The notes beneath the pieces are model-generated. The model saw nothing but the letters and a program-made list of their open reading frames with translations, did no database searches and was not told the origin of the DNA. From an archaeon HR01 (GTDB taxonomy: Archaea; Thermoproteota; Nitrososphaeria_A; Caldarchaeales; Caldarchaeaceae), in NCBI GenBank assembly GCA_002898355.1, contig BEHD01000007.1:8793-72792 (forward strand): 64,000 nt of DNA. Direction: 5' to 3'. Numbering within the stretch: position 1 is the stretch's first letter; the number at the start of each line of letters is the position of its first letter. This document shows, piece after piece, positions 9,773 through 19,112 of the stretch. The translations under genes were made by a program, and so were the position numbers.

Positions 9773-12700
9773 ATGTCTGAGCCGCTTGTGGGGGATTACC
9801 ATCAGAGACTACTATCGAGTCTTGGGGAGGCCTTTGAGATAGCTAGGAGGGTTAGGGAGTACACCAACTCCCCCACCGACCATGTCGAGACCATCTTCGC
9901 CGACACGATGGATGAGAGGGTTGAGCTCCTGGTGGGGCCTGAGGGCGTGGCCGAGAAGATTAGGAGGATGAAGGGAGTTCTATCCGGTGAGCAGCTGACC
10001 TTCAAGCTCTGCGAGGACATCGTCTACTCCTCCCTAGGTCGGATGGATGAAGAGTCCATTATGAAGCAGGCGATATGTACAGCCCTAGCTGTCCTCACAC
10101 CGCCGTGTATAACGGCAGCCCCATCCGAGGGCATATCAAAGGTTAAGATTAAGGAGAACCCCGACGGGTCGAGGTATCTGGCCGTCTACTTTGCGGGGCC
10201 GATAAGGGCTGCCGGCGGTACGGAGCTGGCTGCGGTGGTTGTCCTCGCCGACTACGTGCGAAGGCTTCTGGGACTGGACAGGTTCAAGGCCACAGACGAG
10301 GAAGTCCAGAGGTTCGTGGAGGAGCTGAGAACCTACGTCCGCCGAGTGATGAGGTTCCAGTACAACGTACCCGACAGACTTATCGCCTATGCTTATCGGA
10401 TGACGCCGGTGGAGATTACTGGTGTGGCGACCGACAAGATACTGGCTCCATCCCATAGAAACCTCCCCAGAATCGAGACCAACTATCTTAGGGGTGGTGC
10501 CCTGAGGGTTGTGAATGACGGTATCGTGGGGAGGGCGAAGAAGGTCCTCAAACTGGTCCAGTCCATGGGTATCTCGGGGTGGAGCTGGATTGAGGAGATT
10601 GTGAAGGAGAGCGCCAACATCAGGAAGGAGGGGGGAGAGGAGAGCCTCTCCGAGGTGATAGGGGGGAGGCCCGTCTTCTCCCTCGCGGGTAAGTTCGGCG
10701 GGTTCAGGATAAGATATGGCCGTGCCTTCGCCACAGGAATGTCCGCCCTAGGCATACATCCCAACACATTCAAGATATTGGACGGCTATCTGGCCGCCGG
10801 CACCCAGCTCAAGACCGACTACCCGGGTAAGGGCGGCATCGTCGTCCCAGTGGAGGTTGAGCCCCCTGTCGTCCGAACCAAGGATGGGGAGGTTGTCAGG
10901 GTTGAGACGGCCCAAGACTACGCCCGGGTAGCGGGGAGGATAGACAAGATACTCTTCCTAGGCGATATACTAGTCTCGGTGGGGGACTGCATTGAGAACA
11001 ACGTGGAGCTTAGGCCGAGTGGATACTGTGAGGAGTGGTGGTCACAGGATCTGGCTATGGCGGTAGCGTCCATAGGCTTGGGTGAAGTGGTGTCCGCATC
11101 CTCCATACCGCTGGAAAGGCTGTCTAAGATGATGGAGAGGCCTCTATCCACTACTCCGTCCCTAGATGAAGCGGTCAAACTCTCCCAGATATGCGGCATA
11201 CCGCTACATCCCCGATACCTACTCTTTTTCGAGAACACAACGGTGGAGGAGTTGGACAGGCTGAGGGGTTGGTTGAGGAGCATCAGCGAAGTCACTCCTA
11301 ACGAATACATCTACGTGAGGGGGGGACAGGAGATAGACGACATACTTACCAAACTGCTGGTGGAGCATAGATTCGACGGCTCCAGCATAGGACTGTCAGC
11401 CGAAACTATCACCCTCCTCAGACTCCTCCTCAGACCCGACAGGGAGATAAAGGCACCTGAAGGAGCCGACCCGATTCAATACATCAGCATCCTCTCCGGG
11501 TTGAAGATAAGGGGGAAGAGGGGTGTAACTTTGTCGGCTAGGATGGGTAGGCCTGAGAAGGCTGGCCCACGGAAGATGAGTCCAGCCGTCCACATGCTCT
11601 TTCCAGTGGGCCTGTCGGGCGGAGGGCTGCGGGACCTTAACCAGGCGGCGTCATCGTCTGAGAATATAGCTGTGGAGTTGGTTACTAGGAGATGCGTGGA
11701 CTGCGGGGCTGTCTCATGGCGTCCTAAATGCCCTGTATGCGGTGGGAAGACAGCCATATCCGGTAGATGTTTGGGGTGCGGGGATGAGTATAGAGAGCTT
11801 AGGGATGAATGCGGTAGGTGCGGAGGCCGTATCAGCTACTCATCGATGCAGACTGTTCCGATTAGGACGCTGTTGAATGAGGCAGCCCAGATAGTGGGTG
11901 AGATGCCCCATTCAAGGGTTAGCGGTGTTAGAGGCCTGACAAGCAGAGCCAAGGTCCCGGAAGATATTGTGAAGGGATTGTTGAGGGCGAAGTATGGCCT
12001 ACACGTATACAAGGATGGCACTACAAGATTTGACGCAACCAACGCACCACTCACCCATTTCAGACCCTCACAGATAGGGACGGATGTTGAAACTCTCAGG
12101 AGGCTCGGATATCTCTACGATGTGGATGGGGAGCCTCTAACAAGCCCCGACCAGGTGTGTGAGCTGATGCTCCAGGACATCATCCTGCCCCGGAAGGCGG
12201 GCGAACACCTCCTCAGGGTGTCTAGGTTCATAGACGACTATATCAGCAGGGTGGCTGGGCTGGACCGCTACTACAACTGCAAAACCATCAACGACTTGGT
12301 TGGGAAGCTTGTTGTAGCCCTCTCACCCCACACCTACGTGGGGGTTTTGGGGCGTGTGATAGGTTTCGTTGACGGCCTCCTCTGCTACAGTCATCCAGTC
12401 TTTCACGCAGCCAAGAGGAGGGACTGCGACGGAGATGAGGACAGCGTCATGCTCCTGCTAGATGTCCTAATCAACTTCTCTAGGCTCTACATCCCCGACA
12501 GGATTGGGGGAAGGATGGACTCGCCACTACTCATCACTAGGATAGTTTATCCGGAGGAGGTGGACGAGCAGGCCCACAACCTAGACACCAGCTGGAGATA
12601 TCCCCTCATCCTCTACGAGGAGAGCCTTAGAGGTATCAAGGCCGCAGACCTACAGAAGCTGGTTAGAACGGTTAGAGCAGATATCTCGGCGGGTGTGAAC

Positions 12701-13201
12701 GCCCGGGGTGTAGGCTATACCCACGACCAGAGCAGGCTCTGGGTGGAGCCTGTGGAGTCAGCTTATAAGAGGCTTAAGACCATGCAGGAGAAGATAGCTG
12801 GCCAGCTGGCCCTGGTGGAGAGGATTGAAGGGGTCAGAGACGCAGCCGTGATAGAGAGGGTTGTCGACTCCCATATCCTCCCGGACATAGTGGGGAACTT
12901 TAGGGCCTACATGGTCCAGAGCTTCAGATGTAGAAGATGCAACAAGAAATACCGCAGGCTCCCCCTGACCGGAAAATGCAGCGAATGCCAGACAGACCTA
13001 ACCCTAACAGTCTTCAGAGGTGCTGTCGAGAAGTATGTCGAGCTGGCCAGGGAGCTGGCGGAGACGAAGATATCAGACCAGTATCTGAGGGAGAGAACAC
13101 TGTCAGCCATAGAAAATGTCTCGGACATCTTCAAGCCCTCCAAGACTGTGGAGTATAGGCTTCAGGGTAGGCAGGCGTCCCTAGAAATCTTCCTCGAGTG
13201 A
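9773..13201 (+). CDS. DNA polymerase II (PolD) large subunit DP2
   Basis: 1142 aa; C-terminal Cys cluster CRRCNKKYRRLPLTGKCSECQ, internal Zn-finger cluster (CVDCG...CPVCGG) and acidic catalytic region (RRDCDGDED) typical of DP2; no intein. Confidence 0.8.
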   Translation: MSEPLVGDYHQRLLSSLGEAFEIARRVREYTNSPTDHVETIFADTMDERVELLVGPEGVAEKIRRMKGVLSGEQLTFKLCEDIVYSSLGRMDEESIMKQAICTALAVLTPPCITAAPSEGISKVKIKENPDGSRYLAVYFAGPIRAAGGTELAAVVVLADYVRRLLGLDRFKATDEEVQRFVEELRTYVRRVMRFQYNVPDRLIAYAYRMTPVEITGVATDKILAPSHRNLPRIETNYLRGGALRVVNDGIVGRAKKVLKLVQSMGISGWSWIEEIVKESANIRKEGGEESLSEVIGGRPVFSLAGKFGGFRIRYGRAFATGMSALGIHPNTFKILDGYLAAGTQLKTDYPGKGGIVVPVEVEPPVVRTKDGEVVRVETAQDYARVAGRIDKILFLGDILVSVGDCIENNVELRPSGYCEEWWSQDLAMAVASIGLGEVVSASSIPLERLSKMMERPLSTTPSLDEAVKLSQICGIPLHPRYLLFFENTTVEELDRLRGWLRSISEVTPNEYIYVRGGQEIDDILTKLLVEHRFDGSSIGLSAETITLLRLLLRPDREIKAPEGADPIQYISILSGLKIRGKRGVTLSARMGRPEKAGPRKMSPAVHMLFPVGLSGGGLRDLNQAASSSENIAVELVTRRCVDCGAVSWRPKCPVCGGKTAISGRCLGCGDEYRELRDECGRCGGRISYSSMQTVPIRTLLNEAAQIVGEMPHSRVSGVRGLTSRAKVPEDIVKGLLRAKYGLHVYKDGTTRFDATNAPLTHFRPSQIGTDVETLRRLGYLYDVDGEPLTSPDQVCELMLQDIILPRKAGEHLLRVSRFIDDYISRVAGLDRYYNCKTINDLVGKLVVALSPHTYVGVLGRVIGFVDGLLCYSHPVFHAAKRRDCDGDEDSVMLLLDVLINFSRLYIPDRIGGRMDSPLLITRIVYPEEVDEQAHNLDTSWRYPLILYEESLRGIKAADLQKLVRTVRADISAGVNARGVGYTHDQSRLWVEPVESAYKRLKTMQEKIAGQLALVERIEGVRDAAVIERVVDSHILPDIVGNFRAYMVQSFRCRRCNKKYRRLPLTGKCSECQTDLTLTVFRGAVEKYVELARELAETKISDQYLRERTLSAIENVSDIFKPSKTVEYRLQGRQASLEIFLE

Positions 13202-13482
13202 TGCCGATGGTCGCCGTCAACCCTAAAGCCTATCTAAGGAGGCTTAAAAACGTCCGGAGGGGGGTAATCGCCAGAAGCAAGATAATAGAGGCGTTGGGGG
13301 ATATTTCCCTTACGGTCCAGCAGATTCATAGGAGGACAGGCCTCTCACCCCAGTCTGTCAGATACCACCTAGGCAACATGCTGGCCGAAGGAATCGTCTC
13401 CAGAAAGCTTTCGGGCAGGAGGGCCTGGTGGAACCTCACAGGAGCCGGCCAAAAAACCTTAGAGGAATCGCTGGAGGGTTAG
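13198..13482 (+). CDS. Winged-helix transcriptional regulator (small wHTH protein)
   Basis: 94 aa with an HTH-like segment (LTVQQIHRRTGLSPQSVRYHLGNMLAEGIV); overlaps the DP2 stop by 4 nt. Confidence 0.45.
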   Translation: MMPMVAVNPKAYLRRLKNVRRGVIARSKIIEALGDISLTVQQIHRRTGLSPQSVRYHLGNMLAEGIVSRKLSGRRAWWNLTGAGQKTLEESLEG

Positions 13483-13689
13483 AGGGGTATCAGCCACCGC
13501 AGTATGGTTACGGCAGCTATCAATAGGGCCGCAGCTATCACCACCGTTTCAGGCCTAATCTTTATCCCCTTAGACTCCTCCTCGAAGAACCTGAGAAGTC
13601 CGGCGCCGCTCGCCGGCATCGGAGCCTCGTCTCTCCTCCTCCTACTGCTCATCAACTACCTAAACGGTGGGGCGGTATAAATGCTTCAC

Positions 13690-14670
13690 CTACCCATCCA
13701 TCCTGGCAGGCTCGGCATAATACCCCATCCTCCTGAGATGTGAGGCCAGCCTCGCCGAGTAGCCGTGTACTGTAAAGATTTTCCTCGGACCCACCGACTC
13801 AACATGTCTGAGTAGGTTGGGGAAGTCGGCGTGGCCGCTCAGGGGGAAAGCCCGGTCGAAATCGTCAAACCGATACCTCAAGGCCCAGCCTGTGGCGACG
13901 GCCCATCTCACCCGTTTCCATGTTGGAAGCCGTCGCCGGGAGCCGTCAACGTATACGCACCCACCTCCGGACAGGAGTTCCAAACCCTCATCGGCGTTTA
14001 CCGGATAATATTCCAGCCCTGCCCCCGCGTCGTTGAAGACACGGCAGGCCTCAGCCACTGAAACACCGACAACTACAGGAAGACTGGTGAACGTGTTGAC
14101 CATCTTAATTATCTCCTGAGCCTTCCCTATGGTATAGGATTTGAAGGCGGGTATCTCACCTGTTGCGATACATCTGGAGATCCATCTAACCATCTCACCG
14201 TATACCCGCTCCCTCTCCGGGAAGACATACTCCGGTGAGCCGTAGGTGGACTCGAGTATGAGGGTTTCACAGGGCCGGACCTCAGCAGGCTTCGTCAGGA
14301 GGGTCTCCACAGTGTTGATGTCCCCGGTATATACTATGCTTCCGCCATCATGCTCCGCCATGAACTGGGATGAGCCTAGGACATGTCCAGAGTCAAACAG
14401 CGCCAGCACCACCTCATCCCCGACAACGATGTGGCCGCCGTTCCGGACAGGCCTGACACCCCGCACCCTAATGCCTCTGCTACGGATTAAAGCCATGGTC
14501 TCAGGGCTCATGACGGATTTGTAATGTTCCACCACATGGTCGGAGTGGGCGTGGCTTATACAGCATATCACTGACGGCCCGGCCTCGGAGTCGAAGGAGA
14601 GTTTAACCCTCCCGGAGGATACGTTCACGCCCCTTCGGAAGTCCAGCCTCAGCAAGCCAGTCCGCATCAC
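13690..14670 (-). CDS. Short metallo-beta-lactamase/beta-CASP-type nuclease (ligase-associated exonuclease-like)
   Basis: HxHxDH motif (SHAHSDHV), beta-CASP ESTYG motif and C-terminal HGY; 326 aa. Confidence 0.55.
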   Translation of the reverse strand: MMRTGLLRLDFRRGVNVSSGRVKLSFDSEAGPSVICCISHAHSDHVVEHYKSVMSPETMALIRSRGIRVRGVRPVRNGGHIVVGDEVVLALFDSGHVLGSSQFMAEHDGGSIVYTGDINTVETLLTKPAEVRPCETLILESTYGSPEYVFPERERVYGEMVRWISRCIATGEIPAFKSYTIGKAQEIIKMVNTFTSLPVVVGVSVAEACRVFNDAGAGLEYYPVNADEGLELLSGGGCVYVDGSRRRLPTWKRVRWAVATGWALRYRFDDFDRAFPLSGHADFPNLLRHVESVGPRKIFTVHGYSARLASHLRRMGYYAEPARMDG

Positions 14671-14730
14671 CGTCTCTGCGAATATAAATCTTGGCTCTTC
14701 AGACAGTTTTTAGATATCTGAGTAGGTTGG

Positions 14731-16479
14731 GTGTGTAGATTGAACGGTGAAGTTGCAGGGTCTATAGCGAGCCATTACCGGCTTATAAGGGGGGTGGCTA
14801 CAACCCAGCGTAGCGCCCTAGCCTTCATGTTTCTCCTCTCATCGATCTCCACCGCCCTTCTCTACTATGCCTTATCGGCCTCACCCACGACATTTCTTAT
14901 ACTGAGTGCACCGCTCCTATACATTTCATACAACTACCTCATCTCCCACATCTATCCCAACAGGTACGGAACCTTCACCTTCAGGAGGCTCAACAGCCTA
15001 GCAGCCCTCGAGATGTTGATAGTGTCGGCGGGTGTGGCCGCCTCCTCCGCACTCCTAGGGCTAGGGTTTAGAAGCCAAGCCTCCGCCGTCTTCACCGCCT
15101 TCCTCTCCCTAGCCATCTATATCAGCTACTCCGTCAGAAGAGGTATAGGCGGAGGATTCCTCGGAAGCATCCTCTCCATGCTCCACACCCCCACCATCGG
15201 CTCCGCCATCATCTACATCCAGACAGGGCAGATCCTGAAATCCCTCCTCAACACCGCGCTATCCACAGCGACACCTATAGCCCTTATGGAGATGGTGAGG
15301 GCGGTACTAGACCACCGTCTATCCTTCAACGGCGTAAAACTCTTCAGGCTCTGCCAGTCCTTCTTCGGCACACTCCTCTCAGGCAGGGGCGAGGAGCTGG
15401 AGAAGATGCTGGTGCCTCTGTCCAGGGAGGCCACAGTCCGTAACGACCTCTTCCTAATCAAGAGGAAGGAAGGTAAACCCATAGCCATAGTTGTGACAGA
15501 TGTCCATCCGGGCCCCTTCCGGGACGTGGGTAGTAGCGCGTATCCCAGCATCCTAATGAGAAGGCTGGCGGCCAAGGGGTTCGAGCCCATGGTTTTGAAA
15601 GGTCTCTCCAGCCATGAGAAGAACCTCGTAACGAGGCGAGATGCGGAAGAGCTGGCGGAGATAGTCTCTAGGAGGGCTGGGGAGATGATGTCCCTGCAAC
15701 CATCCTCAGCCTGCTTCTCCACCCCTAAGAGGCTGGTCTTGAACGGGGCCAAAGCCCTTTGGTGGGTGATGGGTGGGAAAACCCTCTGCCTCCTCACCCT
15801 CCATCCAAACCCGATGGAAGACCTTCCAGCCGAGCTGGCCGATGGGGAGGATGGTGTCCTACCCGTGGACACCCACAACAGCTTCGACGCATCCTACAAA
15901 GCCCTAGACCCGGAATCCGTCAGCAAGCTCAAATCCCTCATCAACCATCTGAGGGAGAACGGCGGGGCATCCGAGGAGGATGTGAGGATAGGCTACTCCA
16001 GAGTTGTGCCTGGAGGAATAGGCCTGGCCGAGGGCATGGGGCCGGGAGGCATCTCATGTTTAGTGGTGGATGCCAGTACCGGAAAAGCAGCGGTCTTTGC
16101 CGCCGACGCCAACAACGCAGCACCCTGGGTCAGGGAGATGGTCAGGGAGGTGGCAGGGAGATATGGGGTGGATGAGGCTGAGCTATGCACCACAGACACC
16201 CATGCCGTAAACGCAGTAAATTTGGGTGGTCAGGGATATCGGCCCCTCGGTGCGGCTACCAGGAGGGAGGAGCTGGAAAAGTTGGTGGTGAGGCTCCTCT
16301 CTGAGGCTCTCTCATCCCTCTCACCCGCAAGGGCCATCCACACCACCATAAGCACCCGCATGAGGGTCTTCTCAGACTTCCTCGAACCCCTATCCCCCAG
16401 AGTTTCAGCAGGCGCTAAAATCTATCTGGCGGCCATGGCCGCATCACCATGGATACCCCTTCTGACAGCCCTCCTGTAA
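14731..16479 (+). CDS. Polytopic membrane protein with a large cytoplasmic C-terminal domain (DUF2070-like)
   Basis: N-terminal about 200 aa of hydrophobic helices followed by a soluble domain; 582 aa. Family assignment is from memory of the architecture. Confidence 0.35.
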   Translation: MCRLNGEVAGSIASHYRLIRGVATTQRSALAFMFLLSSISTALLYYALSASPTTFLILSAPLLYISYNYLISHIYPNRYGTFTFRRLNSLAALEMLIVSAGVAASSALLGLGFRSQASAVFTAFLSLAIYISYSVRRGIGGGFLGSILSMLHTPTIGSAIIYIQTGQILKSLLNTALSTATPIALMEMVRAVLDHRLSFNGVKLFRLCQSFFGTLLSGRGEELEKMLVPLSREATVRNDLFLIKRKEGKPIAIVVTDVHPGPFRDVGSSAYPSILMRRLAAKGFEPMVLKGLSSHEKNLVTRRDAEELAEIVSRRAGEMMSLQPSSACFSTPKRLVLNGAKALWWVMGGKTLCLLTLHPNPMEDLPAELADGEDGVLPVDTHNSFDASYKALDPESVSKLKSLINHLRENGGASEEDVRIGYSRVVPGGIGLAEGMGPGGISCLVVDASTGKAAVFAADANNAAPWVREMVREVAGRYGVDEAELCTTDTHAVNAVNLGGQGYRPLGAATRREELEKLVVRLLSEALSSLSPARAIHTTISTRMRVFSDFLEPLSPRVSAGAKIYLAAMAASPWIPLLTALL

Positions 16480-16481
16480 CG

Positions 16482-16488
16482 TTTATAA
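16482..16488 (+). promoter_or_regulatory. Putative TATA box (TTTATAA) for albA
   Basis: AT-rich heptamer about 31 nt upstream of the MSEP start codon at 16516, consistent with a leaderless or short-leader archaeal transcript. Confidence 0.4.
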
Positions 16489-16515
16489 CCCCTCCATCTA
16501 TGGATGCTGGGAATC

Positions 16516-16800
16516 ATGTCTGAGCCGGCCAAGCTGGTCATAGTTGGCAGGAAGCCCCTGATAAGGTATGTGACGGCGTGCATAACCGTCTTCAACAGGG
16601 GGGAAAGCGAGATAGCCCTCATAGCCCGGGGGAGGAGTATACCGGCGTGCATAGATACAGTCCACCTCCTGAGAAAGGCCTTCAAGAAAAACCTAGTGGT
16701 CAAAGATATTATGATATGGAGCGAGCAGTATGAGAAGATGGGGAGGAGACGCTACATCAGCTATATGAAGATACTGATAGCGCAGGCCCAGACACGTTAA
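16516..16800 (+). CDS. albA: Chromatin protein Alba
   Basis: VIVGRKPLIRYVTACITVFNRGESEIALIARGRSIPACIDTVHLL matches the Alba core. Start moved to the second ATG (MSEP...), leaderless relative to a TATA at 16482-16488. Confidence 0.85.
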   Translation: MSEPAKLVIVGRKPLIRYVTACITVFNRGESEIALIARGRSIPACIDTVHLLRKAFKKNLVVKDIMIWSEQYEKMGRRRYISYMKILIAQAQTR

Positions 16801-16835
16801 AATATCTCTTATCCCGCAAGAGACGGTGAAGCGGA

Positions 16836-18062
16836 TTGGACTTCAACCCCTCCGATGAGGAGAGAGTCTTCAGGGACCAGGTCTCAGCCTTCTGCAGCAG
16901 GAAGATAGCGCCTAGATGGGTTGATATAGATGAGAGGGGTGAGATTGAGCCCCAGCTTATCAAGGATATGGCTGACGCCGGACTTCTGGGTGTAACCCTT
17001 CCTGAGGAGTATGGGGGCCAGGGTGGGACCTTCACTGAGGCGGCGATCGCCGGCGAGGAGATAGCCTACAGCGGGCCAGCACTCTCCATAGCTGTTCTCT
17101 ACCTTATCCAGGCCTCGTGGCCCTACATAGTCCATAGATACGGAGGCGAGGAGCTGAGATATGAGATACTTCCAAGGATAGCAGCCGGGGAGGCGGTTAT
17201 AGGGATATCCAGCACTGAAGCCCATGGCGGAAGTGATATATCCTCCATACTCTGCAGGGCTGACCGTCTCGAGGACGGCTCATGGGTTATCAACGGCGAG
17301 AAATCCATGACCTCGCTACCCTCGGTGGTGGAGAAGATGCCCTGGGGGGGTGGATGGTTTCTCATAGCTAGGACGGGCGACCCAGCCCTCAAACATAGAA
17401 CGATAACAGACTTCCTGGTCCTGATGAAGAGGGATGGGAGGCTTGTTGAGGGTATCTCCTACAAGCCCTGGACAGAGTTTGCGCGGAGAGGGCTGGACAC
17501 CTCAGTGATTAGGTTTGATAATGTGCGGGTGGAACCCAAATACGTTGTGGGAGGTGTTAACTCCGGGTTCAAGATAGCTATGGAGGGCTTTAACCTCGCC
17601 CGGAGCATGATAGGTGCGGTCTGTGTCGGATGCGCCCGCTGGCTGATGGACCAGGCGGTGGAGTGGCTCCGCAGGAGGAAGGTCTTCGGAAAACCCCTCG
17701 CATCATACCAGGGCATAAGCTTCAAGCTGGCCGACTACGCTAAGGAGCTGGAGGCGGCAAGGCTCCTCAGCTACAAGGCCGCCTGGATGGCTGACAGATA
17801 CTATCTGAGGAGGGAGGATGGCGTGAGCCTGTCAGATGTGGCCTTGTGGGGGGCCATGGCCAAGCTCAAATGCGCAGGGTTGGCGGTGGACTTGGGTGAG
17901 GATGTGATGAAATGGTTCGGCGGAGCCTCCTACTTCAAGGAGACACCCATCTTCAGGGCATGGCTGGCCGCCTTCAGCTACGTGGTGGGTGCGGAGGGGG
18001 CTGAAAACATCATGAGGCTTATAATCGCCAGAGAGATATTGGGGAGAGAATATGTGGAGTGA
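16836..18062 (+). CDS. Acyl-CoA dehydrogenase
   Basis: ACAD N-terminus (FCSRKIAPRWVDIDERGEI...GLLGVTLPEEYGGQG); 408 aa; TTG start. Confidence 0.8.
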   Translation: MDFNPSDEERVFRDQVSAFCSRKIAPRWVDIDERGEIEPQLIKDMADAGLLGVTLPEEYGGQGGTFTEAAIAGEEIAYSGPALSIAVLYLIQASWPYIVHRYGGEELRYEILPRIAAGEAVIGISSTEAHGGSDISSILCRADRLEDGSWVINGEKSMTSLPSVVEKMPWGGGWFLIARTGDPALKHRTITDFLVLMKRDGRLVEGISYKPWTEFARRGLDTSVIRFDNVRVEPKYVVGGVNSGFKIAMEGFNLARSMIGAVCVGCARWLMDQAVEWLRRRKVFGKPLASYQGISFKLADYAKELEAARLLSYKAAWMADRYYLRREDGVSLSDVALWGAMAKLKCAGLAVDLGEDVMKWFGGASYFKETPIFRAWLAAFSYVVGAEGAENIMRLIIAREILGREYVE

Positions 18063-18065
18063 TTA

Positions 18066-18674
18066 ATGTCCGGGGCCGAATACCTTCTCTACTCGCTGGC
18101 CGTCTGCTTCTCGATTCTAATCGTTCCTGGACAGATATTTTTCATGTTGATTCAGGAGGCGAGCCGGAGCGTTAGGGATGGGCTGACATCCAGCCTAGGA
18201 GTTGTTCTGGGGGAGGTATTTCTCCTAGCCCTCCTCTATGCGGGGTTCACCCTCCTGCTGCAGCAGATAATCCCGTTCCTCAAGGCTGGGGGAGCCGTAC
18301 TCCTCCTCTCCCTAGCAGCCTACTCCTTCCTGAAAGCGGTAAAACCTCCCAGAACGGGGTCTTCCAGCGGTGGCGCCAGCTTGGGACGGGGTTTCATGCT
18401 TGTAGTGATGAATCCCCCCTTCATAATCTGGCTTTTGACGGTCGGCTCGGCTGTTATAGATTCGGGATATAGGCTGCTGGGGTCTTGGGGATACTTCATC
18501 TTCGCCCAAGCCCTTCTAATCTCATCAACCACGGTGATGTTGGTCTTGATTGCAGCTGTCTCCGCAGGGAGAAAGGTTTTCCAAACTAGGCTGACGAAGC
18601 CGCTCTATATCGTCTCAGGCGGAGCCTTCATACTCCTAGCCATAAACCTGCTGCTGGGGCCTACTCCCCCATAA
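18066..18674 (+). CDS. LysE/RhtB-family amino-acid exporter
   Basis: About 200 aa, 6 predicted TM helices, PG motif in the first helix (LIVPGQIFF). Confidence 0.5.
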   Translation: MSGAEYLLYSLAVCFSILIVPGQIFFMLIQEASRSVRDGLTSSLGVVLGEVFLLALLYAGFTLLLQQIIPFLKAGGAVLLLSLAAYSFLKAVKPPRTGSSSGGASLGRGFMLVVMNPPFIIWLLTVGSAVIDSGYRLLGSWGYFIFAQALLISSTTVMLVLIAAVSAGRKVFQTRLTKPLYIVSGGAFILLAINLLLGPTPP

Positions 18675-19077
18675 CCTGTATGATTACACGCCTGCTTCGG
18701 GGGCCGTCGAACTCGGCTGCAAAGACCGACTGCCACGTGCCGAGAACCGGCGCCCCCCCAGCCACCGGCAGGGATAGGGAGTTGGAGAGAAGTATCGCCC
18801 TCAGATGGGAGAATGTGTTGGCGTTGGCGTCAACCGTATCGTGGTGGTATCCTCTACCCTGCGGTGCGAGCCGGTCCAGAAACTCTAGGACATCCATCCT
18901 GAGGTTGGGCTCGTTCTCGTTGAGATAGAGCCCCAGAGTGGTGTGGAGGGAGTAGACATTCACTATCCCGTTGGATACGCCGGAGGAGGCGACAGCCCTC
19001 CTCACCTTCTCCGTGATATCCACCAGCTCCACACGGTTTTTCGTGGATATACTCAAGGTCTCCGAGTAAACCTTCAA
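18661..19077 (-). CDS. YjbQ/UPF0047 family protein (secondary thiamin-phosphate synthase-like)
   Basis: Conserved HTT..L..NENE...GTWQ...EFDGPR...VIIQV pattern. Confidence 0.8.
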   Translation of the reverse strand: MKVYSETLSISTKNRVELVDITEKVRRAVASSGVSNGIVNVYSLHTTLGLYLNENEPNLRMDVLEFLDRLAPQGRGYHHDTVDANANTFSHLRAILLSNSLSLPVAGGAPVLGTWQSVFAAEFDGPRSRRVIIQVMGE

Positions 19078-19112
19078 ACCATAGGATACTCAGTTCCGCC
19101 AACCTATATATC

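Noticed and set aside
9773-13201. Possible intein in the PolD DP2 gene
   Set aside because: Length (1142 aa) and continuous colinearity with intein-free DP2 organisation; no Cys/Ser...His-Asn splice-junction block interrupting the conserved regions.
15213-16199. Several ORFs (221, 138, 68, 60 aa) overlapping the DUF2070-like membrane protein gene
   Set aside because: Antisense or out-of-frame within a long, continuous 582-aa coding frame; no motifs.
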